Origin: an uncultured Anaerolineales bacterium
Lineage (GTDB): Bacteria; Planctomycetota; Phycisphaerae; FEN-1346
Assembly (NCBI GenBank): GCA_964461715.1
Contig: CAYWVR010000001.1
Location: 80,784-144,783 of the forward strand
Reading direction: 5' to 3'
DNA length: 64,000 nt
The notes under the pieces: model-generated
What the model was told of the DNA's origin: nothing
Databases searched by the model: none
What the model saw: only the letters and a program-made list of their open reading frames with translations
Position numbers and translations under genes: made by a program
In this document: piece after piece, positions 8,001 to 17,374 of the stretch
Layout: each line of letters begins with the position of its first letter
Numbering within the stretch: position 1 is the first letter of the stretch

Positions 8001-11000
8001 CCTTGTGGTCAAGCTGGAAGGTGCGGACCTGGCGGCGATCCATGGTGAAGGTGCCGCGGAGGTGGGCGATGTAGCGGGTGTCGTCGGAGAGGCTCAGCTT
8101 GTTGGAATGGCCCATGACGCCGCGGTCCCACTTGGCGGCGAAGGTCTTCGGCTTGGACGTGCCTTTGCCGCGCCCGGTGGAGATGTAGCCCGTCTCCATC
8201 CAGTCCTTGAGGGCGTCGAAGTTGGTGGTGCTCGGGGCGTCGCGACCGGCGCCGAATTGAGCGAAGGTCAACTCCAGGGCCCCGTCCCACGGCGTGTGGG
8301 GGTTGGGCCAGGCGCCGACGGTCGTGAAGGACCGGGCGTTGAGGCTGGTCTGGACCCGGAAGTTCTTGAACTTGCGGCCGGGGACGTCGGCCTTGATGGC
8401 CATCTTGCCCAAGGCCACGTTGTCGTTGAGGTCCACGGAGAACGTCTGCGGCCGCGGGCTGCCCGGCAGGCCCACCCAGGCGGGGTAGTCCTTGGCCGAG
8501 ATGACCATGTTCGGGTCCTTGCCGGCGTCGGAGTCGGAGGCGTAGGCCCGGGCCTGGCCGGAGGCCGTGGGCACGGAACCCTCGAAGACGCCCGTGTGGG
8601 TGCCGGTCTCGGTGAGGGTGTACTCGGCGATGGTGTCGCCGGAGGAGGCGGCAATGCGGACCTTGAGGGTGTCGGCCTTGGGTGTGCGGCTTCGGTCGAG
8701 GTCCTCGACGCGGACCTTGATGTCGTTGCCGGGCTTGATCTGGTTCCAGGGCCGGACGGTATTAAGGCTGATCGAGGGCCCTTCCTGGCCGCGCTCCATG
8801 GCCAAGCGGGCGCGGATCTCTCGCTCCAGGGCGAGGGCCTCTCGTTCCTCGTCGGAGAGAATCTTGCCGCTGGAGATGTCGAGACGGGCGTCCGTGCGGA
8901 CGGTCAGGCTGTAGACCTCGCTGTCGGTGATGCGGTGCTCTTTCTTGAAGGCCTCGGCGTAGTCGTAGTAGACGGTGTCGGAGCCGAGGAGCTCGAGGGT
9001 GCCGCTGGCCTTTTTTGCCGGGGCGAGGGTCGTGGGGATCGTGCCGCGGAACTTCGTCTTGGTGTCGCCGAAGGGGACGAGGCTGAAAATCTCCTCGTCG
9101 CCGGACTCGGTCCAGACGCGCATCTGGATGTCGGTGGAGGGACCGACGACGGTGAGGTTGCGGTCCTCGAGGGTGATCTTCAGAGGCTTCGAGGGGATGA
9201 GGAACCGCTGCCGCGTCACCGGGCCGATCTCGACGTCGGTGGGCTCCTCGAGCTTGTTCATCTTGACGTTGGCGCGGGCCTCGAGGATTTTGGCGTTGGC
9301 GTGGTCGGGGGCCCGATCGAAGACCTGCTGGAGGTAGTCGAGGGCCTCGGCGTACTCGCTCTGGTCGAAGCTGACGAGGGCGAGGTGGTAGAAGCTCTCG
9401 GTCTGGAGGTAGGGGTCCTTGGCGCGGGCGAGCTTCTCGAGGCGTTCGGCGGCCTCGTCGAAGCGTCCGGTCAGGCGGTCGACCTCGGCGACGGCCAGCT
9501 CGGCGTCGCGTTTGGCATCGGTGCCCTCGAACTCGGGGTCGACGGCGATCTTCTCATAGAGGGCCCGGGCCCGCGGGAACTCGCGGCGCGCCAGGGCGAT
9601 GTCGGCGTAGGCCAGTTGGAGGCGGCCCCGGACCTCGGCGTCGAAGCTGCCCGAGACGCTGTCGAACCACTGGATCATCCGCTGGGCCAGTTGCTCGGCC
9701 GGCTCGAACTGACGCAGCTCCGTGTGCTTGCCGATCAGCCAGATCAGGAAGTTCGGGTCCAGGTCCTTGTACATCTCGGTGACGAGGGCTCGGTTGGCGG
9801 CATACGTGTCCCAGGCGGTGGTGAACTTGCCCGTCAGGTACGAGGCCTGGGCCACGTAGATCGGGTACTCCCGCTCGCCTCGCTTCACGGGGATGACGTT
9901 GCCGATGTTGCCGATGGTCTTGGAGCGGACGGTCGTCAGGCCCGTCTTGACGTCCGAGGAGATGCTCGTGCGGAGGACGTCGAGGCCGCCGGAGCTGTAG
10001 ACGTAGGCGAGGTCGTAGTGCCCCTCGTCCAGCAGGCCGCGGGCCAGCGAGGCCAACTCCTGGGCCAGGCTGCTGGAGCGGGTGTCGCGGGCGATGCCCC
10101 AGAAGAACGGAGCCAGCTCATACAGCCGCGTGGCCCGGTCCTGGGCCACGAGGGCCCGGTGCAGGTTCAGGGCCAGGTCCTCGAAGTGCCACCCCTCGTG
10201 CCACACGCTGGGCACGCCGAAGGGGAAGAGCTTCAAGAGGATGTCGACCTCGGCCTTCGTGGCCTTCGTCGGGTCGCCGAAATCGACCAGCGCGCCCATG
10301 TAGGGCGGGGTCACGCGGGCCGGCACGTCGACCTGGCGCTGGGTGTACGTGTCGAGCCGGTCGAAGAAGTCCTTGCGGCCGGCGGGGGTCTTGAGGTCGG
10401 CCTCGGTGCTGAAGTAGGCGCGGCCCATGGCGTAGGTGTCGAAGCGGGTCTTGCCCCAGGTGGCCTCGACGGCCCGGGTCATGGCGTCGCGGGGCTTCGG
10501 GTCGGCGCCGAGGGCCCGGGCCTGCCAGTCCCAGAAGTCCGACCGGCTATAGACCACGCCCTCGCCGTTGTAGCCGAAGGGGAGCGTCTTGTGGCCGTCG
10601 AGGACTTCGGCGGCACAGTTAACGACCTTCTTCTCGGTGTCGCGGCCGTAGTCCCAGTAGCGGCGGTCGAGGAACCCGGTTTTCCTGGCCTCCTCGACGA
10701 AGGCGTCGTCGAAGTGGGACTCGACGGGGTACTTCTCCTCGAGGCCCGCGACGTCGTGGCGGACCATCCACATGTAGGCGACGGTGGCGCTGCGGATGTC
10801 GGAGGGGCGCCAGTCGACCTTATCCAGGAGCCGCTTGGCGATGATCTGGTCGTAGATCCGGGCGCCCCAGTCCTTGTGCGACCACCCGTTGCCGACGCGC
10901 GTGCCGCGGAACCAGGCGAAGAGCTCGACCGGGAGGCGGCCCTTGTCGACGTGCGTGGCCAAGGCCTCGCCGAGGACCTCGTTCATGCGGAGGGCCATTT

Positions 11001-13050
11001 TGACGTCGTTGCGATGGATGCGATAGAGCGACCACTCGCGGCGCTTGAAGATCAGCGAGAGCAGGTTCTCCAGCCTGTCGTTGCCGCCGCCGGGCTCGTA
11101 GCTTTTCAGCAGGTCGGCCAGGGCGGCCATTTGGACGTCGAACGGGGCGACGTCGCGCGCGCCGTTGAAGATGTAGGCGAAGACGGCCGCCGCGAACGGC
11201 GTGCGGCCATTCGTGTAGTCCTTGACCATCGGGTAGAGGTCGGTGGCCGCCCGGGCATAGGCGGCGGCGTCCTTGCGGCGCTCGGCGAGGACGGCCTCGG
11301 CGGTCTTGCGGCAGAGGTCGTTGGGGGCCCGGGCGGGGTCGCCGCCGGTTTTCATGGAGACCTTGAAGGCCTCTTCGAGGGGCGAAATCTGTTCGAGCCG
11401 GGCGAGCTCGACCTCGGCGTCCTTCTTGCGGGCCTCCTTGCGGAGGTTGTCGGCCCAGCTCTTGAAGCTGCGGTAGACGCCCTGAACGATCTCGTTGCGG
11501 TCGCGCTGGGCGAAGGGCACCCAGTCGAGGGCCTCCAGGTGCGGGATGAAGTCGGTCTTCTTCTCGCCCGTCGTGCGCCAGGCCGACTCGAGGCAGCGCT
11601 TGGCGGCCTCCGGGTCGAAGATGACGGCGGGGGACTGGGAGAGGTACCGCTTGCCGAAGTGGACGAGAGCCCGGTGATAGACCTCGTCGGCGGGGGCCTT
11701 CTCGCCCTCGGTGTGGAGGGTCCGCCAGGCCGGCCACAGGCGGCGGCTAAGGACCTCGTACGCCTCCGTGAAGTCCAGGTGCCAGGCCTCGTTGCGCATG
11801 AGGTGGTCGACGGCCTTCGCGAGGTCGTCGCCCCCGGCGGCGAGCGAGTTGATGACGGCGGCGGAGCGGCTCGGAACGTTCTTCAGGAACGCCGCCTGCG
11901 TCTGGATGAGGGCGGGGTCGGCGATGTTCGTGGCGAAGGTGACGTCGCGGGCGCCCTCGGCCTTGGCGAAGAGGTCGGGGTACTTGCCTCCCAGCTCGGC
12001 CCACTGGACGGGCTCGGCCAGGAGGCTGCTCTTGTTGCGCACCAGCGAGGCGTTCAAAAGGGCGGTCCGCTCCTCGCCACCCAGCTTCTCAAAGGCCCAG
12101 ACGAACAGGGCCCGCTTCGGCTCGACGAGCTTCGACCACGCATCGTCGCGGAAATCGTCGCCCCCGGCCAGCCCCCGGACCACGTCCTCGACGGTCTCGG
12201 CGGTGGGGTAGGCTTGGACGTAGGCGCGGGCGGCCTCGGCGACCCCCTGGAAGCTCCTGGCCAGGGCGGCGGGGTCCTTGCCCGCGCTGCTCGCCTCGAA
12301 CTCCAGATTGGCCGCATAGAACCCGTACCGGGCCGAACGCTGCTTCGAGTCGCGGATGGCGGGGACGATCTTGCGGATGGCGGGGAGGGCGGCGTACTGG
12401 GAGGTGCGCGCGTGTCTTACCTGGTTCATCAGATAATCGAGATGCTCCCAGTAGAGGAGCCGCTCCTGCTCCAGGGGGAGCTTGTCGCCCATCACGGTTG
12501 CGAGGCCTCGGGCCAGGGCGGGGAAGTCCTGTCGCTTGGCCGCCTGCTCCAGGTACCAGGGCTCGAACTTGCGATAGGCGGCGGTCTGGCGGAACTTCTC
12601 GCCCTCGGTGCTCATGAAGAGGTACGCGTCGTCCTCGGCGCCGAGGAGGTCGATGTCGATCATGAGCATGAGAGCGGCGGCGCGGCTGGCGACCTCGCCC
12701 GGCTTGGTGAGCTTGAGGTAGGTCTTGTAGCGGGAGACGGCGCCGCGGTGGTCGCCGGCCTCGAAGGCGTTCTCGGCGGCCAGACGCATCACCTCCGGCG
12801 AGGGCTGGAAGTGATGGGCCAGGTAGCCCTTCATGGCGAGGGAGACGGCGTAGCTGCGGCCGAGCTCGCGGCCGGACTGGAGGAGCTTGAGGGCATCCTC
12901 CTCGCCGGCCCCGCCGGGGTTCGTCTGGACCTTCTGGAGGAGCTGCTCGAAGGCCTCGATCTTCTCTTCCGGGGCGTCGGCGGCGAGGGCGAGCGTCGCG
13001 GCGCCGAGAAGCGCCAGGGCCATCCACGTGAGTGGCAAAGTGGTCTTCAT
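5071..13050 (-). CDS. Giant exported TPR protein (about 2660 aa) with repeated Ig-like modules and putative F5/8-type C and PA14-like domains
   Basis: Signal peptide MKTTLPLTWMALALLGAATLALA after an AGGGGA SD (alternative ATG at 13059). TPR/BamD-like helices (YPDSIYAPKAQY) and repeated LxETxxHxGxFxG modules. Confidence 0.88.
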   Translation of the reverse strand: MKTTLPLTWMALALLGAATLALAADAPEEKIEAFEQLLQKVQTNPGGAGEEDALKLLQSGRELGRSYAVSLAMKGYLAHHFQPSPEVMRLAAENAFEAGDHRGAVSRYKTYLKLTKPGEVASRAAALMLMIDIDLLGAEDDAYLFMSTEGEKFRQTAAYRKFEPWYLEQAAKRQDFPALARGLATVMGDKLPLEQERLLYWEHLDYLMNQVRHARTSQYAALPAIRKIVPAIRDSKQRSARYGFYAANLEFEASSAGKDPAALARSFQGVAEAARAYVQAYPTAETVEDVVRGLAGGDDFRDDAWSKLVEPKRALFVWAFEKLGGEERTALLNASLVRNKSSLLAEPVQWAELGGKYPDLFAKAEGARDVTFATNIADPALIQTQAAFLKNVPSRSAAVINSLAAGGDDLAKAVDHLMRNEAWHLDFTEAYEVLSRRLWPAWRTLHTEGEKAPADEVYHRALVHFGKRYLSQSPAVIFDPEAAKRCLESAWRTTGEKKTDFIPHLEALDWVPFAQRDRNEIVQGVYRSFKSWADNLRKEARKKDAEVELARLEQISPLEEAFKVSMKTGGDPARAPNDLCRKTAEAVLAERRKDAAAYARAATDLYPMVKDYTNGRTPFAAAVFAYIFNGARDVAPFDVQMAALADLLKSYEPGGGNDRLENLLSLIFKRREWSLYRIHRNDVKMALRMNEVLGEALATHVDKGRLPVELFAWFRGTRVGNGWSHKDWGARIYDQIIAKRLLDKVDWRPSDIRSATVAYMWMVRHDVAGLEEKYPVESHFDDAFVEEARKTGFLDRRYWDYGRDTEKKVVNCAAEVLDGHKTLPFGYNGEGVVYSRSDFWDWQARALGADPKPRDAMTRAVEATWGKTRFDTYAMGRAYFSTEADLKTPAGRKDFFDRLDTYTQRQVDVPARVTPPYMGALVDFGDPTKATKAEVDILLKLFPFGVPSVWHEGWHFEDLALNLHRALVAQDRATRLYELAPFFWGIARDTRSSSLAQELASLARGLLDEGHYDLAYVYSSGGLDVLRTSISSDVKTGLTTVRSKTIGNIGNVIPVKRGEREYPIYVAQASYLTGKFTTAWDTYAANRALVTEMYKDLDPNFLIWLIGKHTELRQFEPAEQLAQRMIQWFDSVSGSFDAEVRGRLQLAYADIALARREFPRARALYEKIAVDPEFEGTDAKRDAELAVAEVDRLTGRFDEAAERLEKLARAKDPYLQTESFYHLALVSFDQSEYAEALDYLQQVFDRAPDHANAKILEARANVKMNKLEEPTDVEIGPVTRQRFLIPSKPLKITLEDRNLTVVGPSTDIQMRVWTESGDEEIFSLVPFGDTKTKFRGTIPTTLAPAKKASGTLELLGSDTVYYDYAEAFKKEHRITDSEVYSLTVRTDARLDISSGKILSDEEREALALEREIRARLAMERGQEGPSISLNTVRPWNQIKPGNDIKVRVEDLDRSRTPKADTLKVRIAASSGDTIAEYTLTETGTHTGVFEGSVPTASGQARAYASDSDAGKDPNMVISAKDYPAWVGLPGSPRPQTFSVDLNDNVALGKMAIKADVPGRKFKNFRVQTSLNARSFTTVGAWPNPHTPWDGALELTFAQFGAGRDAPSTTNFDALKDWMETGYISTGRGKGTSKPKTFAAKWDRGVMGHSNKLSLSDDTRYIAHLRGTFTMDRRQVRTFQLDHKGKTDGITYVWAIDGELGRVPRGGSRGEAPPLPMIKRSLGKGVHVVDVFVIATRTAAPEFEVLCDTPEPPYMVPCPAAMFDVAGKPEVAAALAVDPAKITAAEGDGAFTVEFPAGSRGRVVRLVLVDFETDAPAIDKITLTDAAGETVLPTETDFMELRENQVLEIVPGDRVTVSYEDPLFVTRGKEHHEAFLTATYTNAVISATFVEYQMSGRGERTARYIPMRRFEPGDKVNVFINDPDMDVSDKLDTVPFTVRTSEGRPTEHRALETAEHSGIFLGSVFPVEAAPRRDSEIRIVKGDDIILTYVDAENTDPGIPWNRTQIVEQVWFEPPELRAYDIESMPLAAEEKEEVQAQQQEAAGEFEEYVPVTRTIVATWPELPRPDEPAEGMIGLPLLVEVLFPAIAKSPESSTEIFVQTSSGRKAMGLAEEAEFNVNVPGTIRLTGRPSNAGSLTPPPGYKSVLVRSNPYALEALDDGRYTFSIPMELGKLPEETLALEDETVGPEEPPVLKIKGDDDVFIGYRYTDPQGQTHWLQRRIALAADAFFDIMDRRYQETVDGIYVGEVIYFRLIDPTRDASDDKDTVELDVTTSSGTAKKASVTETFSHSGVFKGFAKIVYRDEAEEARDPFALPVTYGDEVTVTYTPPKEQEPAPLARLVSVYKGSDGEVLPFTKRFKDPAIAMQTQFTIAEAYFELAKRHRELDQQSLARREIMQGKKLLEEAIRDFPDTEARAQADYLLANLALEFANDAVNEDMKQEFYVEAINRFSDIVASYPDSIYAPKAQYKKALVFEKMGKIDTACEEYVKLSYRYPDNELVAETIARLGQYFLVKGKEAKTRAEAREDPIEREKVVMQSQEMFKTAGQVFGRLAERFPEHRLADKTTVLAAQCFMQAAEYEEAVKTFKKVIEKPGADKDLVAESMYWCGDSYMKSAETNRDALRNAYIVFKKLTWDYPTTKWAKFARGRLTDERLTDLKID

Positions 13051-13105
13051 CGAATCCATTCCCCTATGGCGTATCGCGTTCCGGTAAACGGGTGACGGGC
13101 GCGGC

Positions 13106-15367
13106 TCATCGCTCGGCCGACGCGCTGGCGGTCTCGGCCGCTTCCAGGGCTTCCTTGACCTTCTCCAGCAGGTCCCGGGCCTGCTTGGCGTGCTGGCTGT
13201 TGGGATACTCGGTCACGAGCTGCGAGCACTTCTCGTAGGCCTTCCGGAGGTCGCCCATGCGGTAGGAGACGAGCACCCACTTCAGGAGCATCGAGTCGAG
13301 GAACTCGGCGTCCGGGTAGTCCTGGAAAATCTGGTCCAGGAGGTCGGAGGCCTGGGCGTAGTCCTTCGTCTCGATGTAGTAGTCCACGAGCTTCGCGAGC
13401 GACTCGCCGGCGAACCCGCTGTCGGGATACCGGTCGGCGCAAGTCTTGTACTGCTGGATGGCGGCCTCCGGGATGACGAACTGGCTCTTGGGGATGCCCG
13501 CGTCGGTGGCCGCGGCCAAGGCCTTCGTCTCGATGCACCGGGCGATCATGAACTGGGCCTCGGCCTTGGCCATCGAGTTCTCGAGCTTCAGGATCTCCTG
13601 GAAGACCCGCGACGCCTCGTCGTACTCCTTGTTCTCGAATCGGATGCGTCCGATGCCGACGAGGGCTTGGTCGACGAAGGGCGAGTCGGGGTAAAGCCGG
13701 TTGAAGAGCTGGCAGGTCTGGATGGCGGAGGCGTAGTCCTCCTGGACGATGTACAGCTCCCACTTGAGCTTGAAAGCCTCTTCCTTGAGGTTCGAGGGGA
13801 TGGGGCTCTCGATGCGGATGATGGGATCGACGCGGTCCAGGCCCTCGCCGGCCTTTGAGCGGGCCCCGTCCATCAGGCCCATGCTCTTGAAGATGCGGGC
13901 CAGCTCCAGGAATGCCGTGGCCTCCACGAGGTTCTTCCTGGCCCGCAGGATCGGGTCGGGCACGACGTTCTGCCGCGGGGTCGGGCGGGTGGTCAGCTCG
14001 CCCGCGACCTTCAGCGACGCCGTGGCCTCGCGGGGCGACTCGCCGCCGATGTGCAGGTCGTCGATGTAGGTGGCCACGACCTCGTCCCCGAGGGCGCAGA
14101 CGAGACGGTCGTCGGTCTTGTCGACCGGCTGGTCCTCGCGGTAGCGGTCGATCATGACGCTGCCGCCGAAGCGGCCCGTGTGGACGGGCTTCTCGCCCAG
14201 CTCCGTCAGCTTGAGGACCACTTCGTCGCGGATCTGGAAGGTCTCCTCCTCGCCGCGCCGGAGCCGTTCCAGGTCGATGCCCAGCTCGCCGATCGTGTCC
14301 TCCTGGTACCGGGAAACGATGCGGATTTCGGCCCGGTCGGCCTTGGGGCCGGTATCGAGGTCGGCGTCGTGGAGGACGGCAAAGAGGGGCTGGCCGAGGA
14401 AGGCGGCGCTGGCCGCCGTGTCGTAGGTGCCCGTGGTGAAGCTCACCGAGCCGGTGGAGACGACCCGGACGGTCTTGGCGCGCAACACGTCCTTCTGGCC
14501 CTCCTTCGTGTTGTCGTCGAAGTACTTGACGGCGATCGTATCGCCGCCGACGACCTGGAGGATGCCGTCGCCGGCCTCGGGGGGGGCGATCTCGGTGGCC
14601 GTCGAGGTGATGAACAGGCCCTGGCTGCCCGAGAGGGGGATGCACCGGAGCGTCTCGGTGTCGCCCTTGCCGCTCGCGACCTCGACCTGGATGTCCCGGC
14701 CGAGGCGGTGGAGGACCGGGAGGTCGGCGTCCTCGATCTTGCAGTAGAAGCGGCGCCCGGCCTCGACGTACTCGACGGTGGGGCTCGTCGGGTCGACGAA
14801 GGTCCCGACGAGGCTGAGGTTGCGGATGGCCTGCTGCCAGTTGCCCTGGGCGAAGTGGCACATGCCGATGTAGTAGTAGGCCTGGTTCGCCCAGACAGTG
14901 TTGGGATAGGCGTCGGTGATCTTGCGGAGGATGGGGAACGCCGAGCTGTACTGCTTCATCTGGAAGTAGGCCACGCCCGTCAGGTACATCGCCTCGAGAT
15001 ACATCTCCTGCTGCGGGCCCTTGAGCTCCTTGTCGCCGCGCTCCAGCTCCTTCAGGCGCCGCAGGTACGCGATGGCCTGGGCTTGCTGGTACTGGTCGAG
15101 GTGGTGCTTGCCGAGCTCGAGGTAGGCCTCGTAGCGGACGGGACTGTCCCCGTGCTGCTCGATGATGGTTTCGAGCATCTTGACGGCCCGGTCCTTCTCG
15201 CCGGCCAGGAGCAGATCCTGGGCCTTCTTGAGGAGCTGCTTGGCGGCGAAGTCGCTCTCGGGGTTTCCGGCGGGCGCGGCGGGGGCGGGTTCCTCCTGCG
15301 CGTGCGTCCCGGCCGTCAGGCCGAGCACGCCTGCCAGGATCAGGCTCCCTACGATCCATCGTCTCAT
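13106..15367 (-). CDS. Exported TPR-Ig-Ig-TPR protein (753 aa)
   Basis: Start re-called at ATG 15367 (MRRWIVGSLILAGVLGLTAGTHA signal peptide); YPNTVWANQAYY and YPDSPFVDQAL TPR motifs. Confidence 0.88.
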   Translation of the reverse strand: MRRWIVGSLILAGVLGLTAGTHAQEEPAPAAPAGNPESDFAAKQLLKKAQDLLLAGEKDRAVKMLETIIEQHGDSPVRYEAYLELGKHHLDQYQQAQAIAYLRRLKELERGDKELKGPQQEMYLEAMYLTGVAYFQMKQYSSAFPILRKITDAYPNTVWANQAYYYIGMCHFAQGNWQQAIRNLSLVGTFVDPTSPTVEYVEAGRRFYCKIEDADLPVLHRLGRDIQVEVASGKGDTETLRCIPLSGSQGLFITSTATEIAPPEAGDGILQVVGGDTIAVKYFDDNTKEGQKDVLRAKTVRVVSTGSVSFTTGTYDTAASAAFLGQPLFAVLHDADLDTGPKADRAEIRIVSRYQEDTIGELGIDLERLRRGEEETFQIRDEVVLKLTELGEKPVHTGRFGGSVMIDRYREDQPVDKTDDRLVCALGDEVVATYIDDLHIGGESPREATASLKVAGELTTRPTPRQNVVPDPILRARKNLVEATAFLELARIFKSMGLMDGARSKAGEGLDRVDPIIRIESPIPSNLKEEAFKLKWELYIVQEDYASAIQTCQLFNRLYPDSPFVDQALVGIGRIRFENKEYDEASRVFQEILKLENSMAKAEAQFMIARCIETKALAAATDAGIPKSQFVIPEAAIQQYKTCADRYPDSGFAGESLAKLVDYYIETKDYAQASDLLDQIFQDYPDAEFLDSMLLKWVLVSYRMGDLRKAYEKCSQLVTEYPNSQHAKQARDLLEKVKEALEAAETASASAER

Positions 15368-15512
15368 GGCATTCCCCTGGTTCTGGGATCTCGTGATCTG
15401 TGCGTGCGGGATGCGGGAGGCACCATCCGCGGCCCCATCCCGCACCGTCCGGGGTCTGTAACCACGCGGAGCGGCGGTGGTATTGCCGAATCGCGCGTCG
15501 CGGCCGATCCGC

Positions 15513-17276
15513 CTATTCGGCGTCGACACCGCCTTCGATCCGCGTCACCCCGCGTTTCTCCAGCTCGTGGTGGGCGCGGCTGGACTGGCCGCTCTCGGGA
15601 TACTTGTTGGTCACTTCGCGGAAGACGGCGATGGATTCCCTCTTCTGGCCGGCCTTGTCATAGAAGTAGGCGATGCGGATGCAGGCCTCGGGCGCGTCCC
15701 GGGGGAAGAAGCTCTCCACCTGCCTCAGCTCGCGGATCGCCTGGCCCAGCTTCTTCATCTGGAAGTAGCAGTTGGCGATCCGCCAGCTGGTCTCGGGGGG
15801 CTTGTTGATCTGCTGCCAGCAGGCCAGGGCCTGGTCCCACTGCTTCTCGGCCTCGTGCATCTCGGCCTTCAGGGTGAGGGCCTCGGTCGAGTACGCCGGC
15901 ACCCCCGCCATCTCCGCCGCCAGCGGGATGCCGTCCTCGTGCCGCTTCGTCCCCGCGTAAAAGCGCAGCAGCTCCATCCGGCCGCGCGGCTCGTCCTCCA
16001 TGCTGCGGCAGAGGGTCTTGACGATGTCCTCGTCCTTCTCCCGGAAGTAGCGGGCCAGCTCGGCGCGGCGGTCGTCGGAGAGCTGGTCGAGGCGGATTTT
16101 GTAGAAGCAGTTCTTGCCCATCTCCGCGTCCTTGACGCGGTCGTAGAGCAAGGTCATGAGCCTCTCGATCTCCGGGTTCTTCATCCGCTCGAACTGGAGC
16201 TTGTTGTAGTACTCCATGACCTTGCCCTTGTGGGCGGCATAGAGGCCGATCCAGCGGACGATGCGGGCGAAGTCGCCCTTCCCCTGATGCTCCTTGAAGT
16301 GGGCGTCGAGGCGGGCCATCCACTTGGCCGGCTCTTTCTCATGGGCCAGCCGCCACCCGGCCAGCGTGATCTGGACGTCGTCGTCGGCCTCATAGCGCCC
16401 CTGGAGGGCGTCGGCCCAGTACTGGAAGTACCGCTCCCGGAGCTCCGTCTGGTCCTCGCCGAAGTCCCGGGCGTGGTGGTTGACGCGGTGGATCACGGTG
16501 TTCCAGTAGTCGCGACTCTCGCCGACCTCGGCCGACACCTTCTGCGGGCCACGCCTGTCGAATGTGCCGCATGCCGCGTAGAAGTCCCGCAGGGCCGCCT
16601 CGTCGGGCTTGATGCGGACGTAGTACTCGACGGCCTTGCGGATGGCCTCGTTGGCGGCCCCGGGATTCTTGGTGCGGAAATCGAGGGCGACCTGGCGGTA
16701 GTAAACGGCGGCCCGGTCGTGCTCGCCGGCGCGGCTCATGTAGTCGCCGATCTGGTTGATGGCCCCGGCGGCAAGGGGGTGCTTGGAGTAGGCCTCGTCG
16801 TCGGCCATCTCCACCCACGTCTTGACGGCCTCCTCCTCGCTCCCGTTCTCCCAGTGGCACTGGCCGATGTGGAACTTGGCGGCGGCGGCGTACTTGACGC
16901 GGTTCGGCCAGTAGTCCAGGACCTCCTTGTACCACTTGATGGCGTCGAACCGCTTCTCGTCCCGGTGCAGGCACCGGGCCTTGCGGAAGACGGCGTAGGG
17001 GAGGGCCTGGGAGCGCGGGAACGTGAGGATGAACGCCTCGTACTGGGCGAACGCGTTCCGCCAGTCGCCCTTGCCGTAGGCCTGGTCGGCCTGGTTCAGG
17101 CTGTGGCCCTCGAAGGTGTCGAGCTGCTTGAACTCGTCGCTGGAAAGCTGGACCTCGTCGCCACTCGAGCTGCGGCGACGGGCCGTCGCGCGGGACGGCA
17201 CGGCCGCCAGTGCCGCCAACGCCGTCGCGGCGGCCAGCGTCCACACGAGGATCGGTCGGTACGATCGCATCATCAC
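15513..17276 (-). CDS. Exported TPR protein (587 aa), first gene of the operon
   Basis: Signal peptide; FPRSQALPYAVF, YPESGQSSRA and other TPR helices. Confidence 0.85.
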   Translation of the reverse strand: MMMRSYRPILVWTLAAATALAALAAVPSRATARRRSSSGDEVQLSSDEFKQLDTFEGHSLNQADQAYGKGDWRNAFAQYEAFILTFPRSQALPYAVFRKARCLHRDEKRFDAIKWYKEVLDYWPNRVKYAAAAKFHIGQCHWENGSEEEAVKTWVEMADDEAYSKHPLAAGAINQIGDYMSRAGEHDRAAVYYRQVALDFRTKNPGAANEAIRKAVEYYVRIKPDEAALRDFYAACGTFDRRGPQKVSAEVGESRDYWNTVIHRVNHHARDFGEDQTELRERYFQYWADALQGRYEADDDVQITLAGWRLAHEKEPAKWMARLDAHFKEHQGKGDFARIVRWIGLYAAHKGKVMEYYNKLQFERMKNPEIERLMTLLYDRVKDAEMGKNCFYKIRLDQLSDDRRAELARYFREKDEDIVKTLCRSMEDEPRGRMELLRFYAGTKRHEDGIPLAAEMAGVPAYSTEALTLKAEMHEAEKQWDQALACWQQINKPPETSWRIANCYFQMKKLGQAIRELRQVESFFPRDAPEACIRIAYFYDKAGQKRESIAVFREVTNKYPESGQSSRAHHELEKRGVTRIEGGVDAE

Positions 17277-17374
17277 CTCGGGTTTCCGGAGCTTCGGAAG
17301 GCGCCCCCCCGGTGCCTCTGACCCGTACGCTCAAACCCGCGGCTCGGGGCGAAGTTTCCCCGCTTTCGTGACCC

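Noticed and set aside
5050-13095. 2681-aa plus-strand ORF
   Set aside because: Antisense shadow of the giant TPR gene; high-GC codon bias keeps this frame open and it has no recognisable motifs.
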